From the NCBI RefSeq assembly GCF_964355755.1, contig NC_092676.1, forward strand, positions 16,696,871 to 16,760,870: DNA of 64,000 bases, given 5' to 3'. Below, in pieces: positions 12,595-24,539 of this stretch. Position 1 is the stretch's first letter. The number at the start of each line of letters is the position of its first letter. The position numbers and the translations under genes were made by a program. The notes below the pieces were generated by a model. That model was not told the origin of the DNA. It was given only the letters and a program-made list of their open reading frames with translations, and made no database searches. This DNA is from Antedon mediterranea. Taxonomy: Eukaryota; Animalia; Echinodermata.

Positions 12595-13101
12595 AGATGT
12601 ATTGTCCTTTTAAACACAAAAAAATGAAGGTCAAAATATTCTAAATTTAAAGTGGCCATATCAAAGTAATATTAAAGTTATTCACTTTAAGTCGAAAATT
12701 TGAGCCAAAAACAACAAGTTTACGTAATTAACAGGTAAATTAGTTTGATTAAATGTCATCTGGAAAATCGTTACGAGCGAAAGTAAACAAAGATTTCAAA
12801 CCATGAGTACGCATTATGCATTTGCTAAATTAGGATTGTTTACAACTCGTCACGGTTAAGAAGGTATTTTCACACAGATCATGAGGAAGTTTTATGATTA
12901 TGCATACAGAGTAGCCAAACAAGCGCGTTTCATTATGGGATATGTTTTAACAAAAAAACGTCTGTATTTCAGTTAATTTTTTTTTTCCGAAAATTTTTTG
13001 GTGATAGTTAATAACTATTATGATACTTCAAAATGACCCACCTTTTTTCGAAATCTATTATTTTTTATTTTTTTGGAATTAGTCAAAGGGACAATATATC
13101 T
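12595..13101. mobile_element. TTAA-targeting MITE, Kolobok-like
   Basis: TIR AGATGTATTGTCC / GGACAATATATCT, TTAA on both sides; second copy at 23995-24539. Confidence 0.8.
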
Positions 13102-14017
13102 TTAAGTTACAGATTATTATCTGTTGTTTTGGTCTATGACATGGTACCTGGCCTTTAACGTTTTCAGCCTGCTTACGACTTGTTTTTTTTGTCTGTTTTA
13201 CGCCAACCACAGCCAGTTTGCAAACAATATAACGTAAACAGCTCCCGACCTTATTGTTCCATCCATTTGTCTACAAATTTCTTCTTGTCTCTTTATTTTA
13301 AGCAGCTCTCTTCTCATTACCCTTCCAGTTCGACATTATTATTATCGTAAATTGAATTGAATTGGCGCCAAAGTGATACACTTGACCACGCAATGTGTCA
13401 AAGCCCTCACGGGGAATTAAATATAACGGCGTTACGTTCTCACAGAATGCCCGTCTCGCATTGTGGGGAATATCTCTATAGTAAATTACTAGGTCTAATG
13501 CAGGTCATGTCGGTATGATGCCAAGACGACCCATTCTCACAGAAAACCATACCGGCATAGTAATGGTATATTCCCGCAACATTCCTGGCACACAGCTCTG
13601 TGTGAGAAAGGGGATTATGTGTAACAGAAATAGATGTAAGACGTGTAAACATATATTATGTAGGCCTACTAGTAGTATCATAGGACCACGTACGAATTTT
13701 GATATTCAAGATAATTTTAATTGCGTTTCTACTACTGTGATATATATGCTATTGTTTGTACGAAATGTAATGTAATCTATGTTGGAGAAACCAAAAGAAG
13801 ACTGGGGGATAGATTTGTAAAACATTTACGTTCCATTCATCTTAATACAACCGGTCTTCCTGTGGCAGAACATTTTCATAATAACCATAATATTAATGAT
13901 ATACGGGTTACTGGCATAAAACAATGCAACTCATCCGATCCTGACCATAGACGACTAGAATAGAAGAACGTATAATTTTTCAACTTGGAACTCTCAAACC
14001 CAATGGACTTGAGTATA

Positions 14018-14054
14018 GTACTATCAGGGAGTTTTTACAACTCCCTGGTACTAT
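14018..14054. other. Putative P/Galileo-type excision footprint
   Basis: GTACTAT + CAGGGAGTT-TTTAC-AACTCCCTG + GTACTAT. Confidence 0.6.
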
Positions 14055-14243
14055 CTTGTCTATTTGATTGACATGAGTTATTATTATGTAATACCTTTTG
14101 TTTGTCAATGCTTTTGCCAATTTGTTATTTGCTTGTTCATTGATGTTACGCTCATATAGCCCATAAATCCCCCATAACAGACTCCTTTGTTTTCTAGTGT
14201 ACTCCTTTTCTATATGTATTCGTCTTTTACTAATATTCTATCA

Positions 14244-14282
14244 GTACCTGATGATGACCTATGGTCGAAAGTAATCAAGTAC
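14244..14282 (+). ncRNA. Degenerate minimal type I hammerhead ribozyme in the Penelope pseudo-LTR
   Basis: GTAC-CTGATGA-T-GACC-TAT-GGTC-GAAA-GTAATCAA-GTAC: core boxes, stem II and stem I present; the stem III and cleavage triplet look degenerate. Confidence 0.6.
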
Positions 14283-14515
14283 AATACATATTTTATTTTG
14301 GGGCAGAAACTATAACTTTGTTTCATTTTTATAACAGGTGGGAAGTTATTTAAAACTTTTAATGCCCTTTTCCCATCATTTACAAATGTTTCTACGAATG
14401 AGCATGAGTTATGAATTTACAAAAATCATCATTCGTACTGAAAACTACGTTGTCGTGTTTCTGTTACGACGGTCGCACGATGGAGATACGATCTTGTTAC
14501 GATAACTTTATGATA

Positions 14516-15752
14516 CTAGATGGTACGCTCGCTTCGCTCGCGTACCATCTAGGTCGTGTCCACAGATGGTTCTCGAATACACAGTAATTTCAGCGTAAAA
14601 AAACTGCCCGATTTCAAATGTACGTACCGCAGGACTATAGTACATTGTCGTTTACAGAAACGAATAAATAGACACGATGATTTATGTAAAATTAGCACCC
14701 TGGGAATTAGGCCTTGTCTAAAAAATGACTCATTTAAACAAACCCAATTTGTGTTTTGTATATAACATTAGAGTTGAGGGATGGGGAAGAGGATGAAAAG
14801 AACAATTTTAAAATATATTCTCTATCCACTTAGTAACGAAATATTGTTTTAAATGTTGTATAGGCCTATTAATAATATACCACTAAACACAGTAAAACAT
14901 TTACGATTTGTAATACTTTTTTAAAACTGTCCCCGTTATAGTCGATTGAAATAGTAAAGTCCATGTAACGACACCACTACGACGTTTATATTTTTTTATA
15001 ATTATTAATTAATACAAACGTTGAGAAGCAACTGTCAGTAATCTACCCACAGTCACAGTAATAAAAATGTTCTTTGTATATTTTGTTTATATATCTAACA
15101 GTAGCCACATTCACAGTAAGACAATTTCTATTCAAATGGTGACCAAAAATGGTTAATACATACGGTATTTACAATATTGTAAAAGTATTGCAATACTATA
15201 TATAAGTTTTATTCTCCAAGGCCCATAAATTTATCGACTTGCGTTAAACCAAGGGCTCATAAATTTACCTAAAAACTGGGAGATTGGAATGTTCCATTCA
15301 TCGCAAATCAATACATTTGCATAAAGGTATATTAAATCTATCAAAATAGTATTTTTTAAAGAAAATCGGCCTGTCTTCAACATTATGATACTGTACTCGA
15401 GCTGTTCAACCGTTTTTCAGCTATTAACAACAATTATCGTAGGAGGAGATAGGAAAATGCGAAGTATCCTCGTATTATTGTGTGCAGGTATTTTTTCATG
15501 AGCACCTCCATTAGACAGTGTATACCACGATCGGAAAACATCCCTATTTGGGGCAAATCGTTGATTGAACCTAAATTCGTTTTAATTGTCAATAACTAAT
15601 TATCTAACTAAATTTAATTAGTAAACAGGGTTACATCAAGTGGTTAAAATCAGTACCCAGATTGTACCCAACTTTATATACCATCGAGTAAACATTTTAG
15701 AAATAACACGCGATTTACAGAATTTTACCCTTACGTAAATTTATAATATAGA
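14516..15752 (-). mobile_element. Non-autonomous Helitron
   Basis: Minus strand starts A|TCTATATTATA (15752) and ends ...GCGAGCGAAGCGAGCGTACCATCTAG|T (14516) with a subterminal hairpin. Colinear related fragments at 18182-18247, 19456-19573 and 21041-21245. Confidence 0.65.
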
Positions 15753-16269
15753 TAATGTATGACTTGCGACAGTGCCACGACACACTACTAACATATTAAG
15801 ACTAAGTCATGGCATCTTCAATAGGATTTGTCAATAAGCTTATACGCTGTCAATGTTTTTCTCATCTGTGACTGTCGACTTCTGTCTGCCTGAATATCTA
15901 TCAGTCAGTAAATTGTATCAATTAATTCTTAGATATTTCATTTTAGCATAATATTCTCCCATTATTTAATCGTAGGAAATAAGTTGTTCGTTTTCTGGAT
16001 GTTGGTTTTGAATATTTAAGATTTGTTTTGGCCAATTTTGATTGATTATAAATACTTTACAGTTGAGATGAGAATTATTCCCAACTAATAGATTATTGAA
16101 AAGATAGATAAGCTATAAAATAGCTTCTTGATTTTTATTATTCAATTATGTATATGTTTGTTGTTCACATAGATATAGGAAAGCTTAATATAATCTATAT
16201 GGTTATTTATTATTATTTTAATGTGCAAGTGACAATGTTGAATCTTACATAAGCACACACAAAATACTA

Positions 16270-17048
16270 TTATATATTACAAACATGGGAAAGAAATAAA
16301 TGTAGCTCTTGATAAATAACTTTCATCGGCATGTGAATTCTATTTGCACATGGGTACGCCAAATTCATATCCCATACGTCAATAATATGAATACCAATAT
16401 CTTTAAATATATCGAGATAAAAACTATGTACATCGTAAATTAATCTATCACCAGTATATAGAAGAGATGTGCCTGTGTCGTGATTTCGAGGTTTTGGAGT
16501 TTTAGCGACAAAGACTGTATTAGGACAACGCTTCCGTAATCTCAATATTGTTTGACGCAAGAGATAAAGTCTGTCAATGAAACTATCTTTTACCCACTGT
16601 GTATAATGGGCCCATGGACTGACAACAATAATGTAATTACATGTGCTAGAGTCTAAGTTATCCATGATCTCATATTCCCATCTACCAATGCGGTAAGGAC
16701 AAGGACTGTGTCCTATTGAATATGGATGAAAATGAAATGTTAGATTGAGTACATCACTCGAATGATACGTTAACTTAGCGTTAGGTCTTTTTGTCATGTT
16801 CGTTTTTCGGAGGCCTAGAAGATCTAGCAAACCTACGGTCCATTGCCTAGTCGTGGAATCCCCAAAGAAGTAGAGTTGTTTTCCTTTCACACACTGCTTT
16901 ATTTCCGCCGTTGTCCACTGCTTCGACTTACATCTTAGTGACGTCCAGGTATCTTTCACCCAGAAACCATCACTAAGTGTAACTGGTAAGTCTGCTTTGC
17001 ATTTTGGTAGGCCTGTAAGCAGCTTATATATCGTGGCTTCATTAGTTT
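16270..17048 (-). CDS. NXPE3-like: NXPE family protein (SGNH/PC-esterase domain), last coding exon
   Basis: Acceptor ACACAG at 17049-17054, phase 1. Encodes GFWVKDTW..C, CVKGKQLYFFGDSTTRQW, WAHY, IIDVWDM..NRIHMP, LFLSHVC, stop at 16270. Confidence 0.9.
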
Positions 17049-17276
17049 CTGTGTAATAACATATTTTGTTTTTAAGCGTATTATTTAGGCTTATTATAAT
17101 GATATGCTGGTTTTAGATTCATTCATCAAAACAAACATCATCAACCTTATTCTAATGGTCATAATCTTTATTGGTTTTAGTGGTTCATATGGGTTTGAAA
17201 CTCAAATAGACAAGTTTGGCTAATCTATATTCTGCAAGGTAACCCTAATAATAGAGAAAACGAATAGATGCATTAC

Positions 17277-17329
17277 CTGTAATGTTTATTTTAAGCGGAC
17301 CATTCAAAATCCTTACGTAAGTCACAGAC
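17277..17329 (-). CDS. NXPE3-like: NXPE family protein, 53-nt internal exon
   Basis: T-rich TAG acceptor, AG|GTAATG donor; phases (2 in, 1 out) join both neighbours in frame; SVTYVRILNGPLKINIT. Confidence 0.85.
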
Positions 17330-17546
17330 CTAAAAAAAAAAATTGTATTCTTCATTAATTTTATGTAAAATTATATACGGTTTCGATCTTAAATATAATT
17401 AATTGATCAAAGTACTAATGGTTTATATTTTGTTTATAAGCAAGCATTTTTTTCGTTCAAGTGATCCTAGTACGTATCAGTATTCCGGGTTTTCAGACCT
17501 ATGGCATTTAATTAATCAATTAAAATAGATTTAAGTATGCACCTAC

Positions 17547-18130
17547 TTGTGAAACAGAGCCGCATGTGCAGCTAATAGTTGGGAAAAAATTCTTTCGATG
17601 AGAGGAATCTTCGACTTAAGTGACGTCAGTGAGTCACAGGAAAGTATTGTTTGTTTTGGTTTATCACATAGAAACACGGTTTTCCCCATCGCCAAAGCAA
17701 AACTATACATGCATTTATTACTGTAGTTAAACTGTACACCTAATGCACATTTAGTAATCTCATAGGTGACGTTGGAGGTGAACTTCCCATCCCAAGACGC
17801 TCTATCTTCCATCGACCAAAGCGTTTTTTCAATAAAATCAGTTGTTTCAGACGGATGTACCAATACAATTTCAACATCATATTCACCTGACTGTGTAGCA
17901 AAAAACTTAGCCTCATAAGTACCGTTATCAAAATCAGTTATCTTGCCTGCTACATTTACAACCTTATTTCTTATAGTTGCATACCAAAAATCTCCTCCTC
18001 TTCGGGAATGAGTGTTGTAGGTATCTCTAGCTTCAATTATCACACTAAAGTAGCTACCGACATTAACAGATTGTCCATAATGCTTAAAATAATACCTTGT
18101 GTTTGTCGAATTTGTAATTCTTGTGTAATT
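17547..18130 (-). CDS. NXPE3-like: NXPE family protein, Ig-like/neurexophilin-domain exon
   Basis: TTTTATAG acceptor, AA|GTAGGT donor; IEARD..RRGGDFWYA..AGKITDFDNGTYEAKF..LVHPSE..CDKP..LSC. Confidence 0.9.
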
Positions 18131-18269
18131 CTATAAAATGAAATACAATGATTATTAATAATGAATAGATAATTATAATTACTAGATTGTTCTCGAATAG
18201 ATTTCGGCGTAACAAACTGGCAATTTTCAAATGTACCGAAATACCTGTCACATGGAGCAAATAAATACA

Positions 18270-18580
18270 GACATGGTGATTGATTTAGTTGCGTTGGGGG
18301 ATTTGGTGTTGGTGGTGATGGATGATGGCGGTGATTGTAGTGGCGGTCGTGGTGGTAGTAACGGTGACGGTGGCGATAGTGGTGGTGGTGATGGTGATGA
18401 CGGAGGCGATTGTGGTTGTGGTGGTGGCATTGGCGGCGTTGGTGTTGGTGATGTTAATAGTGGTGGTGTAGGCAGAAAATGATGATGGTGGTTGTGGTGG
18501 TGATGGCGATGGCGGCGTCGGCGGCAATGACAGTGGTGATTGTGGTAACGGCGGCGTTGAAAGTGATGGTGGATTTTCAT
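18270..18580. repeat. Degenerate (GGT/GGC/GAT)n low-complexity tract in an NXPE intron
   Basis: Triplet-repeat mosaic that gives poly-P, poly-T, poly-H and poly-G ORFs in several frames. Confidence 0.85.
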
Positions 18581-18839
18581 TTAATATAATAATCATATTT
18601 TTCACTTCGTAAAGAAATTTATTTGTTTTTATGTGAAACATTTTTGTCACAGTTGATTGAAATAATACAGTATGTGACGATATAAAAAACAATTATTATT
18701 TTTTGTAATTATAAACACAAACCGTTGAAAAACAATTTTAAAGATGTTGATCATGTTTCGTTGACATTTATTCGTAATTTATGGCCTTGGTCCCTTTACA
18801 CAAACAAAAAATAACATTTAGAGAACAGAAAGTATATCA

Positions 18840-19300
18840 CACCTTCTTGTATGCCAAATAAAAATATTTCGATAAATTATATAAAACATTACAATTTTTT
18901 AGGGACATAAAACTGACGGAGTTGTATAAAATATAGATGAAATTAAGTTTTTTCTAATGTCATTATAACGTAGACATAATAAAGTAAAATGTATTCATCT
19001 TCTATACATTGATATGGACATAAGATGCATATTCCATTTGTTTTTGCTCACATTATTCCATCTGCCTTTCTCTATTTCCAAATCTAGTACACCAATTCAA
19101 ATTTTTGTTAAAATACGTCTATATCTATCTATAATAATAAATGATTTAAAATAATTTAGTCTTTAAACACTACATACCCAAACCCAACATAATTAATTTC
19201 GTTCAGCTCTTCTTAATTGATATACGGTAAATAACATTCATAAGCATAACAAATATGATCTATTTTAATTAAGCTTAACCAATAACGATAAACATTAATT
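18840..19300 (-). mobile_element. RTE-X-like LINE remnant, same group as 1-1298
   Basis: Minus strand LEIEKGRWNNV..ICILCP..IEDEY..YNDIRK, colinear with ORF 530-1171. Confidence 0.65.
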
Positions 19301-19580
19301 AAACATGTGACGGCAAAAGAAACCCTTCCCATTTCTGCAGTGTCAGCTATGTCTGGTGCATTTCTATTTTACTCCCAACACATACTTACAGAATCTATTT
19401 AACATTTTTGATTTTTGATCTATTTTGAAAAGTAATCAAACTTGGAAGAAAAATTTTAATGTTCCATTCATCATCGATCAACTAGTTTGAATAAAGTATT
19501 TTCTACCTACTAAAAAGTTATGTTCAACATCATGATTTTATACTCGAGCTTGTTAACCGAATATCAGCAATTTAGAATAA

Positions 19581-21033
19581 GAGCTGATATGCAAAAGGCT
19601 TAGTTTTTTTTTTTGTGGTGCAAAAAATCTTCTTTCCCACAGGAATTGGCGTATGAAAATTTGAGTTATTCGGCAAAAAGGCTTCTATCCTTTTTCTTTG
19701 TTATGCAAAAAAGCTAATTCTGTCAATGAACAGTGCTCTCTATTTTGATTTTTCAAATAATAGTATCTATAAAAACCAATGGAATTTCCTTTAATTGAAA
19801 TGTTTTGTTTCTAATTATAAACTCTACAGAACAAAATATTGTTGTGCAATGACAACGTGTAAATTATAAAATTTTGAAATGAAACTTTTATTTTTCATTT
19901 TTCACTTTTCATTTAGGTAACAACCCAAGTTTGCAGTAAGACTTTCAATATTGTGTATTGGTGCCAAATGAGTGATTCCTTTTGCATGCTAACCACAAAG
20001 AAATCCCAAATGCAATGATCTTTCGGAAAGATGTAGGCCTAAAACAAGAGTTTGCTTTAGCGATTTTTGCGTTGGTCAAAATAAATAATATGCGGTTTTG
20101 AAAGCACTGCTGCTTAATAATGATATCGGCCAAATTCACTAACAATAAAACACATTTTTTCTGTCCGATGTCACTCCCACATGCCGGAAGAGCATTTGGC
20201 GAGAGCATTTGGCCGAATTGAAATTGACCTGCGAAGTAAAGAAACAATTCTCCTCCCCGACGACTAAAATTCAAGTTCGGCAATGTAATGGTCTATCAAG
20301 ATTGGAAGGTTTACAATTTCAAGGAGATTAGTGACAAAACTAAAAACAAAGACCGACGTTCAAAATAACTGAGGTTAATTAGCTAACAATGTCACCGCCT
20401 CAAGCAAAGTTAAAGATCATGAACAATTACGCTTTTGCTGGATGTGAGCACATGGTGCTTAAACGGGTTAAGCATGGATGAGATTCAATCCACCTACAGA
20501 AATGAATGATACTGACTGTGTAAAGATAGCAAAACAAGGAGGATGTAATGAAAACCCTCCGAGATGGAAGTTAAAGCGGTGCAAACAGTTTTATCCTATT
20601 TGTCCTGACATGGCCTGACAATGAAATGAGAAGTTGTAGTGATGAAGAAAATGAGGCCACAGTTGACCTTTATGAAGATGACTGGTGATAAAGGCAAAAC
20701 ACTTTTTAACTTATATCATGTCTGTTATTAGTGTTTTAATCAAAGGATATACAAATTAAAACTGTTTTACATGATGCAAATTCTAGTTTACTGCTTAGAT
20801 ACAGTGCTTTTTTGGACTTATAATCCGTTTATTAAAAAAATTAACACCATATTTCAAAATTTATGATGACAAATTTTGAATTATCATGTTATTTTTAACA
20901 TTGGCTACCATACATCTTCTACCATTTTATACTAAATTTGATAATATTAAAAGTGTTTAAGCTTGCTAATAATTTTTTTGCTTTTTTCTTAGAATTACTA
21001 AAAGTGGAAATAAGCTATTTTGCATATCCGCTC
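19581..21033 (+). mobile_element. Degraded Sola1-like DNA transposon
   Basis: TIR GAGC(T/G)GATATGCAAAA..GCTTA; internal relics CFSDFCVGQNK* (~20053-20097), IKHIFSVRCHSHMP and RAFGRIE match the SDNCxGQNKN and GHSxMPxDRxFG motifs. No clean TSD. Confidence 0.65.
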
Positions 21034-21632
21034 TTCTATTGGACAGTGTATACCACAAAAAAAAAAAACAACCCTATTCGGGACAAATTGTTGAACCTAA
21101 ATTTGTTTTAATTTGCAATAACTAATTATCTAACTCAACTTTATTTATAAACAGGGTTACATTAGTTGGTTAAAATCAGTACCGAAAGTATGAACCAACT
21201 TTATATTATCATCGAGTAAAAAGTCTAGATGAAACAATCGATTATCGAATTTAATTAACTCACTGTTGCTGTAAATTCTATGAATGACAATTAACAAAAA
21301 CGAATTAGTATAAAAAGGTCACCTTTTCAATGTAGCCCGTATAATTCGGGTTCTTTATTTTATTTATTATTATCTACACTATCAAACTAGTTTGACAAAA
21401 AAAAGTGTGGTGTGTCTAAATGTGGCAGTGATGTGACACAGATAGTGTAGACAAGGGTTTTCGCCTAGATAGCCGGCTTTTAAACTTACTAAGAGAATGC
21501 TTTGTAATTAAATACAATATTCAAAAAGTCACCTTAAAAGTAATACGAGAACAATCTGCAGATCTAATTATTTATTTTTATTAAGGTAAAGTAAATCGTA
21601 AAAATAGGTAACATAATTTTACATAGCCATAC

Positions 21633-21704
21633 CTGAGTATTCATTTTAACAGTTGGAATCAAAGTTGAAGATACTTGTTCCGTAAGTAAAGAACAATGTT
21701 GCGT
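21633..21704 (-). CDS. NXPE3-like: Probable NXPE stem-region exon (72 nt, phase 0-0)
   Basis: TTTCAG acceptor, CAG|GTATGG donor, open frame TQHCSLLTEQVSSTLIPTVKMNTQ, phase-compatible with exon 17547-18130. Confidence 0.55.
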
Positions 21705-21996
21705 CTGAAATGTAAATAACATGCTAATAACTTAAAATGGAATACAAACTTACTAACCAGGGTGTCATCATTGCCAGCATTATTATTTAACAATGCAAAT
21801 ATTATTAGGGTCGGTGAACAGCAGTGAGACACATAAACAGAATTTACGCGAGTCTTTAAAATATTCTAAATAACAAGCAAATTCATCCATCACGTTTCCA
21901 TAATTTGTCTACAAAAACTCTGTTCCAGAATATTATTATTATTATTATTATTATAATGTTTTCAAATAAATTATATTTTGTATTAAATAATGCATA

Positions 21997-22723
21997 TTTT
22001 TAGTCGCGTGGACGCGACTCTATAGTTCACTATGTCGGTCGGTCTGTCGGTCTGTCTGTCGGTCCGGTATCACTATGCGTTTTATCGCTTTCTGACCTTA
22101 TCTTGATATCAGTTTAATCTAGCTAAGTCAATTTTTCACAGTATATTCTTTATGGCCAGGAATCGATGTGGTTATCATTTCACGGTGCGCAATAAAAAAT
22201 TACGCGGTCTACGCACGATTTAACGAAATCACGTTTGTAATCATATCTTCACAACCATGAATCACAATTAAATAAAATTTGGTACTCATAAATTTCAGAG
22301 CATAAATCATCATATGGCAATACAATTACGTGCGTAGCGCATGTAACGCATGCGTACGCGCGCTTAAAATTTTCAAAATTTATTTTCGATGAAATAAGAG
22401 TACGTTTCAGGCAATTTTTTAGGCGTTTACAAAATTGCCATAAGTGCGCAGATTTTTGCGCACGCACTGCGCGTTAAATGTTATCTCACACTCTTTTTTC
22501 CCGATTTCTGTTTTCTTGTCTTACTTTTCAACTCGAAATTACCTTATACGAGCACGTCAAAAGTGACAGGCTACGCACGTGTAAATTAAAAATATATAAA
22601 TGTTTTTAAACATTTCAACATTTTTAAACATGTTCAGTAATTTCGGTCAGTTGGTAGGTTGGTCGGTCGGTCGGTAAACACTAAGGAGCACGCGACTGCA
22701 GCCATCTATATGGCCTTGTTTTT
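21997..22723 (+). mobile_element. HINE/DINE-1-like (Helentron-associated) non-autonomous element
   Basis: T-run, subTIR AGTCGCGTG with adjacent inverted copy, (GTCY/GTCG)n microsatellite, distal CACGCGACT, 3' stem-loop GCCAT..ATGGC, T-run. Confidence 0.75.
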
Positions 22724-23994
22724 ATAAATATCACTAGGCCTAGGCCTATACTTATTTCTTTCTTTTGTAAAACTTGTAGGCATAATCGTTCTCGTATGTG
22801 CATGTCGGCCATGGTTGTCTTGAGTCAAACTCATTAAAAGAATAAATAAATACAATATTGTTTGAATGAAAAAAAAATCATACATTTCTATAAGCAAGAT
22901 ACACAACCAATAAAGATAAAATCACCATGTAGATTCTTTGTCGTTTACTGGTACGAGCAGTCATCTTGGAATTGTCAACCTGTCGGATGCTTTCTGCTCT
23001 TCGATCCTCTAAAAAAATGAATCATATACGAGTGTAGAAGAATACTGAGTAAAAATAGTGACTTTCTCGGCTCGTTTAATAGAACACACATGCTTTTAAC
23101 GAATGGAACATATTCTGGCCATTCCGCGAACAATTATTTAAATTAATTAAATTAATAGGCCAACTCCGCTTATTGAGAGTGAGAAAGCAGGGTTATTTCT
23201 TAATGTCAAATAACAAAATGCTGATCTAAAAACGGACCAGATAACAAATTTTAATCATTAGTAAATTACCAAAATGTGAGATAGTTGACCAGTTTAACTA
23301 ACTCGGTTTTATGAGGATTACAATGAGTTATAAAGACAAATCTATCCGTCTGTACACAAACATTATACCAGGGGCTACCATGAGTTTTGAGTCATAGTGA
23401 GAATAACATTGTGGATGGATGAAGAGGAGAACAAACAAGTAATCTGACATGCTATAAGATAGCACCATTTACACTGGAGGTCCGGTCACTTTAAGAAATA
23501 AAACTATCGAGAAAGGCAAAAAATAGATGAATGCGACAACAGCAAAGACTATGCATAGGCCTAAAACAACTGAGGAAAAAGTTTGGCACATGATCGTAGG
23601 AGGCTAAGTAATGGAGGAATCTCGCTGCACAGCTGCTCAAACACAAGCCACTTATAAAAAAACAGAAGACCACACTTCCACCAGTGAAGCGAACAAGACG
23701 TTACGACGATGCACGCGGCTCTACTAACTACACTTCCGATGTAGCTAATTATATCGCACTTTTCGCACCTTTTTAGATGTATTTATGTTATTTACGTTAT
23801 AAATAATACTATTTATACCAGATAATTACAATCAAGCAATTTTTTTGTATTTAGTCCTCTTATTATTATCTTGTTAACAAATGCTAAACGGTGCAGCTTG
23901 CTCATACAAAACATTACGTTACTGAACCCAAAACAACCTGATTACCGGTTAACATTACATAACCTGATTACCGGTTAACCTGATTACCGGTTAA

Positions 23995-24539
23995 AGATGT
24001 ATTGTCCCTTGAAACAAAAAAAAATGAAGGTCAAAATATTCTAAATTTAAATTGGCCATATCAAAGTAATATTAAAGTTATTCACTTTAAGTTGAAAATT
24101 CGAGCCAAAAACAACAAGTTTACGTAATTAACAGGTAAATTAGTTTGATAACATTTCGTCTGGAAAATCGTCGCGAGCGAAAGTGAACAAAGATTTCAAA
24201 CCACGAGTATGCATTATGCATATGCTAATTAGAATGATTTACAACTCGTCACAGTCGAGAAGGTATTTTCATACAGATTGTGAGGAAGTTTTAAGAAATA
24301 TGCATACAGAGTAGCGAAACAAGCGCGTTTCATTATGAGATATGTTTTGATCGAAAACTCTGACTGGAAGTCAAAGTTATTTTTTAAACAATAAAACGTC
24401 TGTATTTCAGTTAAATGATTTTTTTCCGACAAATTTTTGGTAATAGTTAATAACTTTTATGATACTTAAAAATGACCAATCTTTTTTCGAAATATTTTAT
24501 GTTTTATTTTTTTTGGAATTAGTCAAATGGACATTACAT
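23995..24539. mobile_element. Kolobok-like MITE, second copy, with a rearranged right end
   Basis: Highly similar to 12595-13101; left TTAA intact; right TIR merges into a 43-bp duplication of the left flank. Confidence 0.8.

Larger units (their letters stand above)
13617..14345 (+). mobile_element. Penelope-like element, 3' piece (GIY-YIG endonuclease and pseudo-LTR)
   Basis: CNRNRCKTCKHI, NFNC, (V)IYAIVCTKCNVIYVGETKRRLGDRFVKH, PVAEHF, ERIIFQLGTLKPNGL; a frameshift near 13720-13745 and a stop at 13963. Confidence 0.9.

Noticed and set aside
18231-18692. Pro-, Thr-, His- and Gly-rich ORFs as a mucin-like NXPE stalk exon
   Set aside because: Open in several frames because of triplet low complexity, and no convincing acceptor/donor pair.
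21323-21352. Possible 30-nt NXPE micro-exon (NPNYTGYIEK)
   Set aside because: Phase-compatible, but the acceptor is purine-rich; insufficient support without transcripts.
23300-23620. Possible second Penelope 3' end
   Set aside because: Too degraded; no motif could be read with confidence.
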